64,000 nt of DNA from the NCBI GenBank assembly GCA_963664305.2, contig CAXXLV010000002.1, positions 896,001-960,000 of the forward strand. Direction: 5' to 3'. Below the pieces are notes generated by a model. That model had not been told where the DNA came from, made no database searches, and saw only the letters and a program-made list of their open reading frames with translations. Each line of letters starts with the position of its first letter. The first letter of the stretch is position 1. This stretch comes from an uncultured Aliarcobacter sp. (GTDB taxonomy: Bacteria > Campylobacterota > Campylobacteria > Campylobacterales > Arcobacteraceae). The translations under genes were made by a program, and so were the position numbers. Positions 31,312 to 41,424 of the stretch are shown here, one piece after another.

Positions 31312-32184
31312 CTACTTATTTGATGGATTTTCAATAGGAACTGATTCATCATTTCCCCATTCTGCCCAAGAACCATCATAAACAGCAGCTTTGTATCCTA
31401 ATTCTTGTAAAACAATATAATTTAAAGCAGCATCAGCCCCACCATCACAATATAAAAGAACTTTTTTATCTTTTGGAATATCTTTGTATATCTCTTTTAA
31501 TTCAGAAAGTTCTCTCATTTTATTTCCAGTTGTATTTACTTGAAAATTTTGAGTACAAGCATAATTTTTTGCTGTTGGAATATGTCCAAATCTTTTTGCT
31601 ATTGATTTTTCACCAAGATAATGTTGTTCTTGTCTTCCATCAATAATTGTTTTATTACCAATTGAAAGTAAAGTACTTAACTTTGTTTCTATCTTTGAAT
31701 TATCAATTCTAGGAACAAATTCACTCTTAATTGCAATGAAATCAAGAGTAGAAACCTCAAAATTTTCTTTTAATTCTTCTCCATAAGCAACTTTTAGAAT
31801 ACCAACATTTTCATGTCCTAAAGTTTGTAATATCCAGTAAAATCTAGCTGCCCAAATAAAATCACCATTATCATAAGCAACAACTAACTTATTAGAATCA
31901 ATTCCTGCATTACTAAATAACTCTTTTAAAATATCAAGTTTTGGCATAAAAAACTTTTCATCAAATAAAGATTTTAAACCTGGAATATTTACTGCATTTT
32001 TTAAATGCCCTTTTTTATAATCTTCATATGGTCTTAAATCAACTATTACTAAGTCTGGATTGTTTATATTTGTTTTTAACCAATCAATTGGTGTTATTGA
32101 AGGTATTTTCTTTTCAATTGAATTTGAAAATAGACAAGAAATCAGAAGAAAAAAAACAAAAGGTATTTTAAATACTTTTTTCAT
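31312..32184 (-). CDS. Exported tandem-domain rhodanese (sulfurtransferase)
   Basis: DLR...GHLKNA, GHIPTA, YCDGG active loop, YDGSWAEW. ATG 32184 follows AAGGA and gives a signal peptide MKKVFKIPFVFFLLISCLFS. Confidence 0.9.
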   Translation of the reverse strand: MKKVFKIPFVFFLLISCLFSNSIEKKIPSITPIDWLKTNINNPDLVIVDLRPYEDYKKGHLKNAVNIPGLKSLFDEKFFMPKLDILKELFSNAGIDSNKLVVAYDNGDFIWAARFYWILQTLGHENVGILKVAYGEELKENFEVSTLDFIAIKSEFVPRIDNSKIETKLSTLLSIGNKTIIDGRQEQHYLGEKSIAKRFGHIPTAKNYACTQNFQVNTTGNKMRELSELKEIYKDIPKDKKVLLYCDGGADAALNYIVLQELGYKAAVYDGSWAEWGNDESVPIENPSNK

Positions 32185-32419
32185 TATAGTCCTTTTAGAC
32201 ATAAAGGTAGAAAATTTTAAGACAAAATGGATAAACATATGTTTAAAATGTATATAAAAAATATAAATTTAATTATATTACTTTATTAGTTTTATAATTA
32301 GTTTTTATAATAATAAAAAATTTAGTTTATATTATAAATTTATTTTATAATTGTTTATTAAAAAGAACCTTTTTTATAGTATAATATTGAAATTTCAAAT
32401 ATATATAGGATTTATTTAT

Positions 32420-33769
32420 ATGCATAAGATTTATTTATCTTTACTCATTGTTTCTTTAACCTATGCTCAAAGTATCAATTTTGATGAAGTTTTAGAAATG
32501 ACTATAAAAAATAGTAAAGATTTAAAACAACAACAACTTAATATTGATTCATCAAAACTTGATTCAAAAATGATTGATTATATAAATTATGGAAAGCTTT
32601 CTATTAGTGAAGAAATTAGTAGAACAAATCATGCAGGATATGTTTTTAATTCAAAACTATCTTCGAGAGAAGCTACATTTAAAGATTTTGGTTTTTCACA
32701 AATGAATGAAGGATTAAATACAGCACCAATAGATTTAAACTATCCAGATGCAAGAAATAATTTCAATACAAAAATCACTTATGATATTCCACTTTTTACA
32801 GGTTTTAAACTCTCAAATCAAAAAGATATTTTAAAACTTCAAGAAAAAGCAAATGAATTAAAATTCAATTTAGATAAAAAAAGTTTAGAATTTGAGGTTT
32901 TAAAAGCTTACAATAGTGCAGTAGTTGCAAAAGATTTTGTTCAAGCTTTAGAAAAAGCAAAAATTGCAATATCGAAAATTGTTGAAAGTGCAGATGCTTT
33001 TCACAAAGAAGGATATGTTACAAAAATTGATGTAAATGAAGCAAAAGTTTATGAGCTTAATATAAACTCAACACTTATTGAAGCAAAAAACAATTTCCAA
33101 TTAGCTTTAGCTTATCTTAAATTTTTAAGTTCAAATGATGAAATAACTGATGTAAAAGAACTTGAAAATATCTATTTTCACTTCCCAAATGAAGAAGAGT
33201 TATATAAAAAAGCTTTAGAAAATAGAGATGAAGTAAAAATGCAAAATATTCAAGTAAATGCAACTAAAAAAAATATAGACATTGCAAATAGTGCGTATTA
33301 TCCATCTGTTTATTCTCATTTAGAATATGGATACAATGATAATAACTTAACAACTGATGATGACAAAGACTATTATATAGCTTTGATTGGAATTTCACTT
33401 ACTTTATTTGATGGAACAAGAGATGTTGAAAAAGAAAAAAATAAAATTGAACATATAAAAGCAACTTTAAATCAAGAAAAATTAAAAGATGGTATTAAAC
33501 TTGAATTAAAAAAAGCAATTTTAAATTTAGAAGCCAAAGATGCTATTTTAAAAGAGAAAATTGAAGCTAAAAATTTAGCAAACAATGTTTTAGAACAAGC
33601 AAAATTACAATATAAAAATAGACTAATCTCTATGACAACTCTTCTTTCTCAAGAAGCAAACTATAGAAAAAATGAATCAATGCTTATCCAAGCAAGATAT
33701 GAAAAATCTCTTGCTTTAGCGAATATAAATCTTATTTTAGGTCAAAATATAAAAGAGGAAAATAACTAA
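32420..33769 (+). CDS. TolC family outer membrane efflux protein
   Basis: Signal peptide from ATG 32420 (AGGA RBS); IPLFTGF, YYPSV, LTLFDG motifs. Confidence 0.9.
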   Translation: MHKIYLSLLIVSLTYAQSINFDEVLEMTIKNSKDLKQQQLNIDSSKLDSKMIDYINYGKLSISEEISRTNHAGYVFNSKLSSREATFKDFGFSQMNEGLNTAPIDLNYPDARNNFNTKITYDIPLFTGFKLSNQKDILKLQEKANELKFNLDKKSLEFEVLKAYNSAVVAKDFVQALEKAKIAISKIVESADAFHKEGYVTKIDVNEAKVYELNINSTLIEAKNNFQLALAYLKFLSSNDEITDVKELENIYFHFPNEEELYKKALENRDEVKMQNIQVNATKKNIDIANSAYYPSVYSHLEYGYNDNNLTTDDDKDYYIALIGISLTLFDGTRDVEKEKNKIEHIKATLNQEKLKDGIKLELKKAILNLEAKDAILKEKIEAKNLANNVLEQAKLQYKNRLISMTTLLSQEANYRKNESMLIQARYEKSLALANINLILGQNIKEENN

Positions 33770-34527
33770 TGATAAAAGCACTATTAACAACACTTTTTTG
33801 TATAAATTTATTTGCAGGAAGCCAAATAGAATTATCAGGAACAGTTGAATCAGATAATGAAAAAATAATAACAAGTAGAAATATGGGCTACATAAAAGAA
33901 GTTTACGCAAAAGAAGGTTCAAACGTAAAAAAAGGTGATATTTTATACGAAATTGATTCATCAAACATGGATTCAAATAAAAAAGAAATAGAATTAAATC
34001 TTCAAATTTTAGAAAATCAAAAAAACAATATAGAAGTAAATTTAAAAAGATATAAAAATCTATTAGCTCAAGATTTAGTTTCACTTTATGAAGTTGAACA
34101 AATGGAGTTAAATTTAACAAATACAAAAAATATGATAGATATCACAAAAGCAAAACTAAAAGAGATAAATGCTCAATATGATTATCTAAAAATAAAAGCT
34201 CCAAATGATGGGTTAATTATAAAAAAATCTATTAAAGCTGGTGAAATGTCAATGCCTGGAATGCCTGCGTTTGTTTTAACAGATTTATCAACACTTTTAA
34301 TTAAAACAAATATTTCTGAATCAAATTTAAATAACATAAAAATTGGTCAAAAAGTAAATATTGAAATAAGTTCACAAAATTTTAAAACAGAAGGAACAAT
34401 TAGTGCTGTTATTCCAAATACAGTTGATTTAACGCACTCTTTTGTATTAAAAATTAGCTTTGATAAAAAGGATTTTAATATCTATCCTGGAATGTACTCA
34501 AAAATTTTAGTTGATTTAAATAATTAG
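33769..34527 (+). CDS. RND periplasmic adaptor (membrane fusion protein)
   Basis: EGSNVKKGDILY, IKAPNDG, YPGMY motifs. Confidence 0.92.
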   Translation: MIKALLTTLFCINLFAGSQIELSGTVESDNEKIITSRNMGYIKEVYAKEGSNVKKGDILYEIDSSNMDSNKKEIELNLQILENQKNNIEVNLKRYKNLLAQDLVSLYEVEQMELNLTNTKNMIDITKAKLKEINAQYDYLKIKAPNDGLIIKKSIKAGEMSMPGMPAFVLTDLSTLLIKTNISESNLNNIKIGQKVNIEISSQNFKTEGTISAVIPNTVDLTHSFVLKISFDKKDFNIYPGMYSKILVDLNN

Positions 34528-34535
34528 GAATTTTA

Positions 34536-36095
34536 ATGAATAATCAAATAGATAAAAACCTAAATATAGCAGGAAAATTATCATTAGCTTTCATAAATCA
34601 TCCACTAACACTAATTTTTGGAATTTTTATTTTAGCATTAGGTTATATCTCATTAGTTTTTATGCCAAGAGAAGAAAATCCACAAATAAAAGTAAGTGGT
34701 GGAGTTGTAATAGTTGCACTTCCAGGAGCTAAACCTAGTGAAGTTCAAAAGGTAATAATCGAACCACTTGAAAAGAAAATTAGAGAAATTCAAGGGGTTG
34801 AACATATATATTCTTTTGCAAAAGATTCTGTTGGTATTGTTCAAGTTCAATATTATATTGGGGAAGATAAAGAAAAATCAAATCTAAAATTATATGACCA
34901 AGTGATGAGAAATATGGATTTGATGCCACAAAATGCAATGCAACCAATTATTAAAACAATGGATATTGATACAGATATTCCAATAGCTACAATTGCATTT
35001 TATAGCGTAAAAGAGAATAATAAAGATTTAGTTTCAAATACTGAACTTTATAATGAAGTTAGTCGTATTTCAAAAGAGATAAATAAAATAAAAAATGTAG
35101 CTCTTGTTGATTTAAAAGGTGAACATAAAGACCAATTTAATGTTTTAGTTGATGCAAATAAACTATCAAGCTATAACTTATCTTTAGGTCAAGTTATGAA
35201 ACAAATTCAAGCATTATCTTATAAAACTCCAAATATCACAACAAATACAACTGATTCTTCTGTTGTTGTTTTTGGTATTAAACAAGCAATTGAAAATGAA
35301 AATGATTTAAAAAATCTAATCATCTCTTATAATTTCCAAACACCTATTTATCTAAAAGATATTGCAACTATTGAAAAATCATATGATATAGAAAATAAAA
35401 AAGAGGCTTTACTTTATTTACCTAATGAAACAAATAATTTTGAAGCTTCTAGTCAAATAACACTAACAGCTTCAAAACTAAAAGGAGCTAATTCAGTTAG
35501 TATAAATGAAGAAATTTTTTCTTACATGAATTCAATAAAAGATGAATTATTAGCAAAAAATATAAAATATATAATAACAAGAGATGATGGATACACTGCA
35601 AATAAAGCTGTAAATGAACTTGTGTTTAGTTTACTTATTTCTATTGTCATTATTGCTATATTACTAATTTTTACTTTAGGATTTAAAGAAGCCATGATTG
35701 TTTCTCTTGCTGTTCCAATGATTTTATCACTTACACTTTTTATTGGCTTTATGTTAGGAGAAACGGTAAATAGAATTACTCTTTTTGCTTTAATTGTATC
35801 ATTAGGAATGTTAGTTGATGCAGCTATTATTGTAATTGAAAATATTCATAGACATAAAAATGAATCACCAATGATGGATATAGTACCATTAACAATAAAT
35901 GCCACAAATGAGATAGGAAATGCTACAAATATAGCTACAATTGCTATTATTATGACTTTTATTCCTATGTTCTTTGTTGGAGGTATGATGGGACAATTCA
36001 TGCATCCACTTCCAGTATTTGTGCCTATTTCTTTAGCTGTTTCTTTATTTGTTGCTTATGCATTCACTCCATATTTTGTAAAAAAATTTTTGTAA
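34536..36095 (+). CDS. RND permease, N-terminal half
   Basis: PREENPQI, LPGA, GMLVDAAIIVIENIHR, FIPMFFVGGMMGQF; only 519 aa. Confidence 0.9.
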   Translation: MNNQIDKNLNIAGKLSLAFINHPLTLIFGIFILALGYISLVFMPREENPQIKVSGGVVIVALPGAKPSEVQKVIIEPLEKKIREIQGVEHIYSFAKDSVGIVQVQYYIGEDKEKSNLKLYDQVMRNMDLMPQNAMQPIIKTMDIDTDIPIATIAFYSVKENNKDLVSNTELYNEVSRISKEINKIKNVALVDLKGEHKDQFNVLVDANKLSSYNLSLGQVMKQIQALSYKTPNITTNTTDSSVVVFGIKQAIENENDLKNLIISYNFQTPIYLKDIATIEKSYDIENKKEALLYLPNETNNFEASSQITLTASKLKGANSVSINEEIFSYMNSIKDELLAKNIKYIITRDDGYTANKAVNELVFSLLISIVIIAILLIFTLGFKEAMIVSLAVPMILSLTLFIGFMLGETVNRITLFALIVSLGMLVDAAIIVIENIHRHKNESPMMDIVPLTINATNEIGNATNIATIAIIMTFIPMFFVGGMMGQFMHPLPVFVPISLAVSLFVAYAFTPYFVKKFL

Positions 36096-36105
36096 GGTAT
36101 TTAAA

Positions 36106-37761
36106 ATGAAATTAGAAAAATTTATATATAGTATTTTACAAAGTAATAAAAAATCATTTTTAGTTTATTTAATTACTTTTATTCTGTTTATTTTAAGTAT
36201 TTTAACTTTCCCAACACATATTACAAAAGCTAAAATGCTTCCAAGTAAAGATTCTGATACATTCTCAATTTATGTTGATTTAAAAGATGGTTCAAGTATA
36301 AATCAAACAAAACAAGTAGTTCAATGTATAGTAGAAAATATTCAAAAAGATGAAAATATTACTAATATTTCAGCTTTTATAGGTGAAGGTCAACCTCTTG
36401 ATTTTGCTGCTTTAGTAAAACTTAGTTCGTTAAAAGACAAAGAATCTCAAGCTGAATTAATGGTAAATATCAAAAAACAAGAGGATAGAGATATCACAAG
36501 TTATAATCTTGTAACAAAACTTCGAGGTGATGTTCAAAAAAATTGTTCACTAAATGAAGCAAATATCAAGTTTATAGAACTTCCTGCTGGTCCTCCTGTA
36601 CTTGCTTCAATAGTAACAGAGATTTATGGAGGGAGAAGTTTTGAAAGTAGAAAAGATTTTGCTTTAAAAATAGCTCAAATTTTAAAACATCAAGCAACTT
36701 TAGTTGATGTAGATGTTTTAGCTGATGATGAGTTTATTATGTATGAATTAGAAGTAAATAATAGCAAAGTTATTATGAGTAAAATTGATTTAGACCAACT
36801 AAAAAATATTTTATATTTAGCATTTGAAGGTATGAAAGTATCAGTTATAAATGATAAAAATGCTCAGAGTCAAATCCCAATTTTTTTAAGACTAAATGAC
36901 TCAAGAAATTTAAATGACTCTTCAAAAGAAGCTTTAAAAGCAAAACTTGAAAACCTAAAACTTATGAATAAAGAAGGAAATATGATAAATATTTCTGAAT
37001 TAGTTACAATAAAAGAGAGTTTAAAAGAACCAACTATTACATCAAAAAACTTAAATCTAATAATAAATGTAATTGCAGAAACTTCTAATGATAGTCAAAT
37101 TTATCCTCTTTTAAATGCAAGAGATGAAATGTTTGATACTTTAAATAATGATTATGAAATAATAAAAACAAATCTTCTAAATCTAGCATTTGTTGATAAA
37201 AAAACTAAAGAGAGATTTGATTTAGTATTTGATGGAGAATTAAAAGTTACAATTGATACATTTATTGATTTAGGTGGAGCATTTATAATTGCACTTGTTT
37301 TAATATTCTTCTTAATGGTTATGTATTATAAAAGTTTTGCAATATCTGCTGGAATTGTATTATCTAGTTTTATTTCAATTATTGGAGTAATTTTTGCTCA
37401 TATAATTATGGATTTATTTACAACCGATACTTTTTATTTAACAGCTACTTCTCTTATTGGATTTATTGGTCTTATTGGAATAAATTCAAGAAACTCTACT
37501 TTGATTATTGATTTTTCAAAACAATTAATAGAAGAAAAAGGATTAGGTATAAATGAAGCTATTGCAAAAGCAACAGCAACAAGGTCAAAACCTATTATTT
37601 TAACTGTTTTAACAATGGTTTTTGCAAGTGCATTGATTGCAAATGATGCAGTATTTGGAGGACTTGGAGTTGCACTAATTGGAGGAACTCTTATCTCTTA
37701 TGTTGTTTCTATGTTTTTTGTTCCTGTTATCATAAAAAATCAGTTAAAAAAGATTTTATAA
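36106..37761 (+). CDS. RND permease, C-terminal half
   Basis: KMLP, PAGPPV, GFIGLIGINSRNS, TRSKPIILT; own AAGG RBS. Confidence 0.9.
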   Translation: MKLEKFIYSILQSNKKSFLVYLITFILFILSILTFPTHITKAKMLPSKDSDTFSIYVDLKDGSSINQTKQVVQCIVENIQKDENITNISAFIGEGQPLDFAALVKLSSLKDKESQAELMVNIKKQEDRDITSYNLVTKLRGDVQKNCSLNEANIKFIELPAGPPVLASIVTEIYGGRSFESRKDFALKIAQILKHQATLVDVDVLADDEFIMYELEVNNSKVIMSKIDLDQLKNILYLAFEGMKVSVINDKNAQSQIPIFLRLNDSRNLNDSSKEALKAKLENLKLMNKEGNMINISELVTIKESLKEPTITSKNLNLIINVIAETSNDSQIYPLLNARDEMFDTLNNDYEIIKTNLLNLAFVDKKTKERFDLVFDGELKVTIDTFIDLGGAFIIALVLIFFLMVMYYKSFAISAGIVLSSFISIIGVIFAHIIMDLFTTDTFYLTATSLIGFIGLIGINSRNSTLIIDFSKQLIEEKGLGINEAIAKATATRSKPIILTVLTMVFASALIANDAVFGGLGVALIGGTLISYVVSMFFVPVIIKNQLKKIL

Positions 37762-37773
37762 TCTTTTTTAACT
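37742..37773. terminator. Hairpin spanning both stop codons of convergent genes, probable bidirectional terminator
   Basis: AGTTAAAAAAGATT-ttat-AATCTTTTTTAACT, perfect 14-bp stem. Confidence 0.7.
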
Positions 37774-38367
37774 AAACAATTTCATCTGTTTTATAGTCTC
37801 ATCATCTATTTGTAAATTTCTGTTTTTTAGCTTTTCCATAACTTTAATTTTTCTATCTTCATTTAAGTTCTGCCCTACTTTTATCTTGCAACTTTGTGTT
37901 TCAATTTTCAACTCAATAATTGCAGTTTTATCAAGCATTTTTGTGTACATTGCTTTATCATAAGCAATTTTTTCAAAACTATCTTCCTTTTGAAACTTTT
38001 TCATCAAAGCATTTAAAACATCAGCTTTTTTATTTCCATCTTCTATAAATTTCAACTTTCCTTCAAACAAAACTGAAGCAAAAAACTGTGTTGCAGGACA
38101 TGCTGCCATCGTATCACTAAAATATGAAGGTATAAAAGAGTATGGTTTTACTACTAAAAAAGCTGCATTGGGATTTGAGTTTATAGCTTCTATTTTTCTT
38201 CCTTCTTTTGCACCATGAAAAAAGATAGAATCTTCAAAAAATACAAAATTTAAAGCAACAACATAAGGTTTACCCTCACTTATCAAACTCAAAGTTCCAT
38301 ATTCACAAACTTTTAATATCTCATTTATGCTATTTTCATCTTTTACATCAAACTCTTTTCTTCTCAT
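37768..38367 (-). CDS. Pyridoxamine 5'-phosphate oxidase / NimA-like flavin-binding protein
   Basis: MRRKE, YGTLSL, PYVVALNF, FHGAKEGRK, KIKVGQN. Confidence 0.88.
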   Translation of the reverse strand: MRRKEFDVKDENSINEILKVCEYGTLSLISEGKPYVVALNFVFFEDSIFFHGAKEGRKIEAINSNPNAAFLVVKPYSFIPSYFSDTMAACPATQFFASVLFEGKLKFIEDGNKKADVLNALMKKFQKEDSFEKIAYDKAMYTKMLDKTAIIELKIETQSCKIKVGQNLNEDRKIKVMEKLKNRNLQIDDETIKQMKLFS

Positions 38368-38409
38368 CTTTTTCCTTTTTAAGTAATTATTCGTATAATA
38401 TCAATATTT

Positions 38410-38454
38410 TGTACCTAATAAAAGATACACTTTTTAGTTTTTTAGTAAGGACAG
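38410..38454. promoter_or_regulatory. Candidate MocR-family binding boxes
   Basis: TGTACC-N8-GATACA imperfect inverted repeat plus GGACAG at 38449, in the divergent intergenic region. Confidence 0.45.
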
Positions 38455-38456
38455 TT

Positions 38457-39824
38457 ATGTATAAATTTGATAACAATTCACCTCTTTATATTCAACTTTA
38501 TGAACAAATGAAAAATAAAATAAATAATGAACTAAAAGCTGGAGTAAAACTTCCTTCCATAAGAAAAATAGCAAATGATTATAAACTTAGTAAAACGACT
38601 GTTCAAACTGCTTATAATCAACTTTGTTGCGAAGGATATATACAAAGTATTGAAAAAAGTGGTTATTATGTTTGTGAAGAGATTTACCAAAAATTCAACT
38701 CTCAAATTGAAAATAAAAAAGATGAAATAAAAGAAGAGAAAAACTATAAAATAAACTTTTTCCCTGCAAGTCTTGATAAAAACTCTTTTCCAAAACAAAT
38801 TTGGTTAAAATTTTATAATAAAGTTGTAAAAGAAGATGTTCATTATGGTGTATATTCAAATTTTCAAGGTGATTATGAGCTAAGAAAAGAGATAAAAAAA
38901 TATCTTCTAAACTCAAGAGCAGTTTTGTGTAATACAGAACAAATTATCATCACAAATGGATTTTCTAATTCTATGTTTCTTCTGGCAAATATTTTAAAAA
39001 AAATTTCAAATAAAGTTGCTATTGAATCTCCTGGATATAAAGTTGCAAGAAAAGTATTTGAGTTATCTTCTTTTGAAATAAATGACATTCCTGTAAATAA
39101 AGATGGTTTAGATTTGGATTTTTTAGAAAAAAGTGATTCAAAGATTTTATATACAACTCCTTCACATCAATTTCCAACTGGAATAACAATGCCAATTGCA
39201 AATAGAATAAAACTTATAAATTGGGCGAAGAACAATGATGCTTTTATCATTGAAGATGATTATGATAGTGAACTAAGCTATTATAATCGCCCTATTCCAT
39301 CTATGCAAAGTTTAGAAAATAGTGATAGAGTTATCTATTTAGGTACTTTTTCAAAAGCTCTTTCTCCTGCTTTGAGAGTATCTTATATTGTTTTGCCAAG
39401 CTGTTTGTTGGATATTTATCATGATGTTTTTGATTTTGTATTTTCACAAGTTCCAATAGATATTCAAAAAACATTGACACTTTTTTTAAAAGAAGGATAT
39501 TGGGAAAAACATCTTAGAAAAATCAGAAATTCAAATAGAAAAAAACATAATTTAATGAAAGAGTATTTAAAAATCTATTTAAAAAATGAGATAAAAATTA
39601 TAAGAGAAGGAAGTGGATTAAATTTTTTGATAAAACCGCTTGTAAATATTGATTTAGAAAAGCTTGAAAAAACAGCCAAAGAAAAAGATGTAAAAATCTA
39701 TTTTAAAGAGTTTTTTAATCTTGAAAAAGTAATAGCTTTAGGATTTGGTGGTTTTGAAGAGTTTGAAATAGAAAATGCAATAAAAACTTTTAGCGAAATT
39801 TGGTTCGAAGTTAAAAGAGTTTAA
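38457..39824 (+). CDS. MocR/PdxR family GntR regulator with PLP-dependent aminotransferase domain
   Basis: PLYIQLY, LPSIRKIA, TPSHQFPTG, IIEDDYDSE, GTFSKALSPALR. ATG 38457 follows AAGGA. Confidence 0.93.
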   Translation: MYKFDNNSPLYIQLYEQMKNKINNELKAGVKLPSIRKIANDYKLSKTTVQTAYNQLCCEGYIQSIEKSGYYVCEEIYQKFNSQIENKKDEIKEEKNYKINFFPASLDKNSFPKQIWLKFYNKVVKEDVHYGVYSNFQGDYELRKEIKKYLLNSRAVLCNTEQIIITNGFSNSMFLLANILKKISNKVAIESPGYKVARKVFELSSFEINDIPVNKDGLDLDFLEKSDSKILYTTPSHQFPTGITMPIANRIKLINWAKNNDAFIIEDDYDSELSYYNRPIPSMQSLENSDRVIYLGTFSKALSPALRVSYIVLPSCLLDIYHDVFDFVFSQVPIDIQKTLTLFLKEGYWEKHLRKIRNSNRKKHNLMKEYLKIYLKNEIKIIREGSGLNFLIKPLVNIDLEKLEKTAKEKDVKIYFKEFFNLEKVIALGFGGFEEFEIENAIKTFSEIWFEVKRV

Positions 39825-39852
39825 AATAATTTTTTAGTAAAAAGGATATTCA

Positions 39853-40374
39853 TTGGAAATCTTAAAATATGAAAAAATAGAAGCTTCTTTTAAACCTTGG
39901 AATGAGGATTATTTTGATGTTGCAAAAGCTTTGATTAACTTTATCTCTACAAAAGAGTTTGAAGTTATACATATTGGTTCAACTTCATTTATGGTTGATG
40001 GAAAAGGAATAATCGATTTATCAATTTTATATAAAAACAATGATTTAAATAAAGCCATAAATCATATAAAATCTTTAGGTTTTCAAGACCAAATAAGCCA
40101 AAATCCTTTTCCAAAAGAACGTCCTAGAAAAGATGGAATGGTTATTTTTAATAATTCAAAATATATTATTCATCTACATGTTATAGAAAACAATTCAATA
40201 GAGCATATAAAACAATTAAAATACAAAGAATATATGCTTTCAAATCCAAGTGCAAGAAAAGAGTATGAAAATAAAAAACTAGAGATTTTGAAAAAAGGAA
40301 TAATTGAACAAGAAGAATATGGAAAAGAGAAATCTCCTTTTGTAAAATCAATTATTACTAAAATTGATATTTAA
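39853..40374 (+). CDS. GrpB family protein (nucleotidyltransferase fold)
   Basis: HIGSTS...GKGIIDL, HLHV, YENKK...Y..EKSPFV. Confidence 0.88.
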   Translation: MEILKYEKIEASFKPWNEDYFDVAKALINFISTKEFEVIHIGSTSFMVDGKGIIDLSILYKNNDLNKAINHIKSLGFQDQISQNPFPKERPRKDGMVIFNNSKYIIHLHVIENNSIEHIKQLKYKEYMLSNPSARKEYENKKLEILKKGIIEQEEYGKEKSPFVKSIITKIDI

Positions 40375-40451
40375 CTACACTTTTAAATCACAAAAAAGAA
40401 CCTTTTAGATAAACTATCAAAAAATTAATTACTATAAATTTTGAGGAAAAA

Positions 40452-41405
40452 ATGAAATATAAAATATTTGTAGATGGACAACACGGAACAACAGGATTAA
40501 AAATCCATGAAATGTTAGATGGACGTGATGAAATAGAACTTTTATCTATAAAAGAAGAAGAAAAAAAAGATTTAAATAAAAGAAAAGAACTTTTAAATAG
40601 TGCTGATTTAGTATTTTTATGTCTTCCTGATGCTGCTTCTATTGAATCAGTTAGTTTAATCACAAATGAAAATGTAAAAGTAATTGATGCAAGTACAGCT
40701 TTTAGAACAAATCCTTCTTGGACTTATGGAATACCTGAAATAACTCCAACTCAAAGAGAAAAAATCAAAAATTCTAAAAGAGTTTGTGTTCCAGGATGTC
40801 ATGCAAGTGGACTAATCATTGCTATGAAACCTTTGATTGTAAATGGTATATTAGCAAATTCTCAGAAATTAATTTGCCATTCAATTACTGGATTTAGTGG
40901 TGGTGGAAAAGCTATGATTGATGATTATGAAAGTGGAAAGCTTGAAGATATTGGAGGTCAAAGACCTTATGCTTTAGGACTTCATCATAAACATCTTCCT
41001 GAAATGAAATATGTTTTAGAGTTAGATGAAGCTCCACTATTTACTCCAAGTGTTGGAAACTTCAAACAAGGTATGCTTGTAATGAGTTATTTAGTAAAAA
41101 AAGATTTCAAAAAAACAGTTTCAAGAGAAGAAATTTTAGAAGTTTATAAAAATTATTATAAAGATGAATTTTTTATAAATATAATAGAGGACAATGAGTC
41201 ATACCTTGATGCAGGCTTATTAAATCCAATGAAATGTAACAATACTAATACTTTAGAGATTTCTGTTTATGAAAATGATACTGATATGGTTGTTATTTCA
41301 AGACTAGATAATCTTGGAAAAGGTGCGAGTGGAGCTGCTGTTCAATGTATGAACATTATGTTAGGACTTGAAGAATCTAAAGGTTTAAACTCAAGAAAAA
41401 ACTAG
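40452..41405 (+). CDS. argC: N-acetyl-gamma-glutamyl-phosphate reductase (short 'uncommon' form)
   Basis: IFVDGQHGTTGLKI, FLCLPDAA, IDASTAFR, PGCHASG, DNLGKGASGAAVQCMN. Confidence 0.94.
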   Translation: MKYKIFVDGQHGTTGLKIHEMLDGRDEIELLSIKEEEKKDLNKRKELLNSADLVFLCLPDAASIESVSLITNENVKVIDASTAFRTNPSWTYGIPEITPTQREKIKNSKRVCVPGCHASGLIIAMKPLIVNGILANSQKLICHSITGFSGGGKAMIDDYESGKLEDIGGQRPYALGLHHKHLPEMKYVLELDEAPLFTPSVGNFKQGMLVMSYLVKKDFKKTVSREEILEVYKNYYKDEFFINIIEDNESYLDAGLLNPMKCNNTNTLEISVYENDTDMVVISRLDNLGKGASGAAVQCMNIMLGLEESKGLNSRKN

Positions 41406-41424
41406 AAGATTAACTTCTAGTTTT
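41398..41424. terminator. Bidirectional terminator between argC and the convergent GNAT gene
   Basis: AAAACTAGAAG-attaa-CTTCTAGTTTT. Confidence 0.75.
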
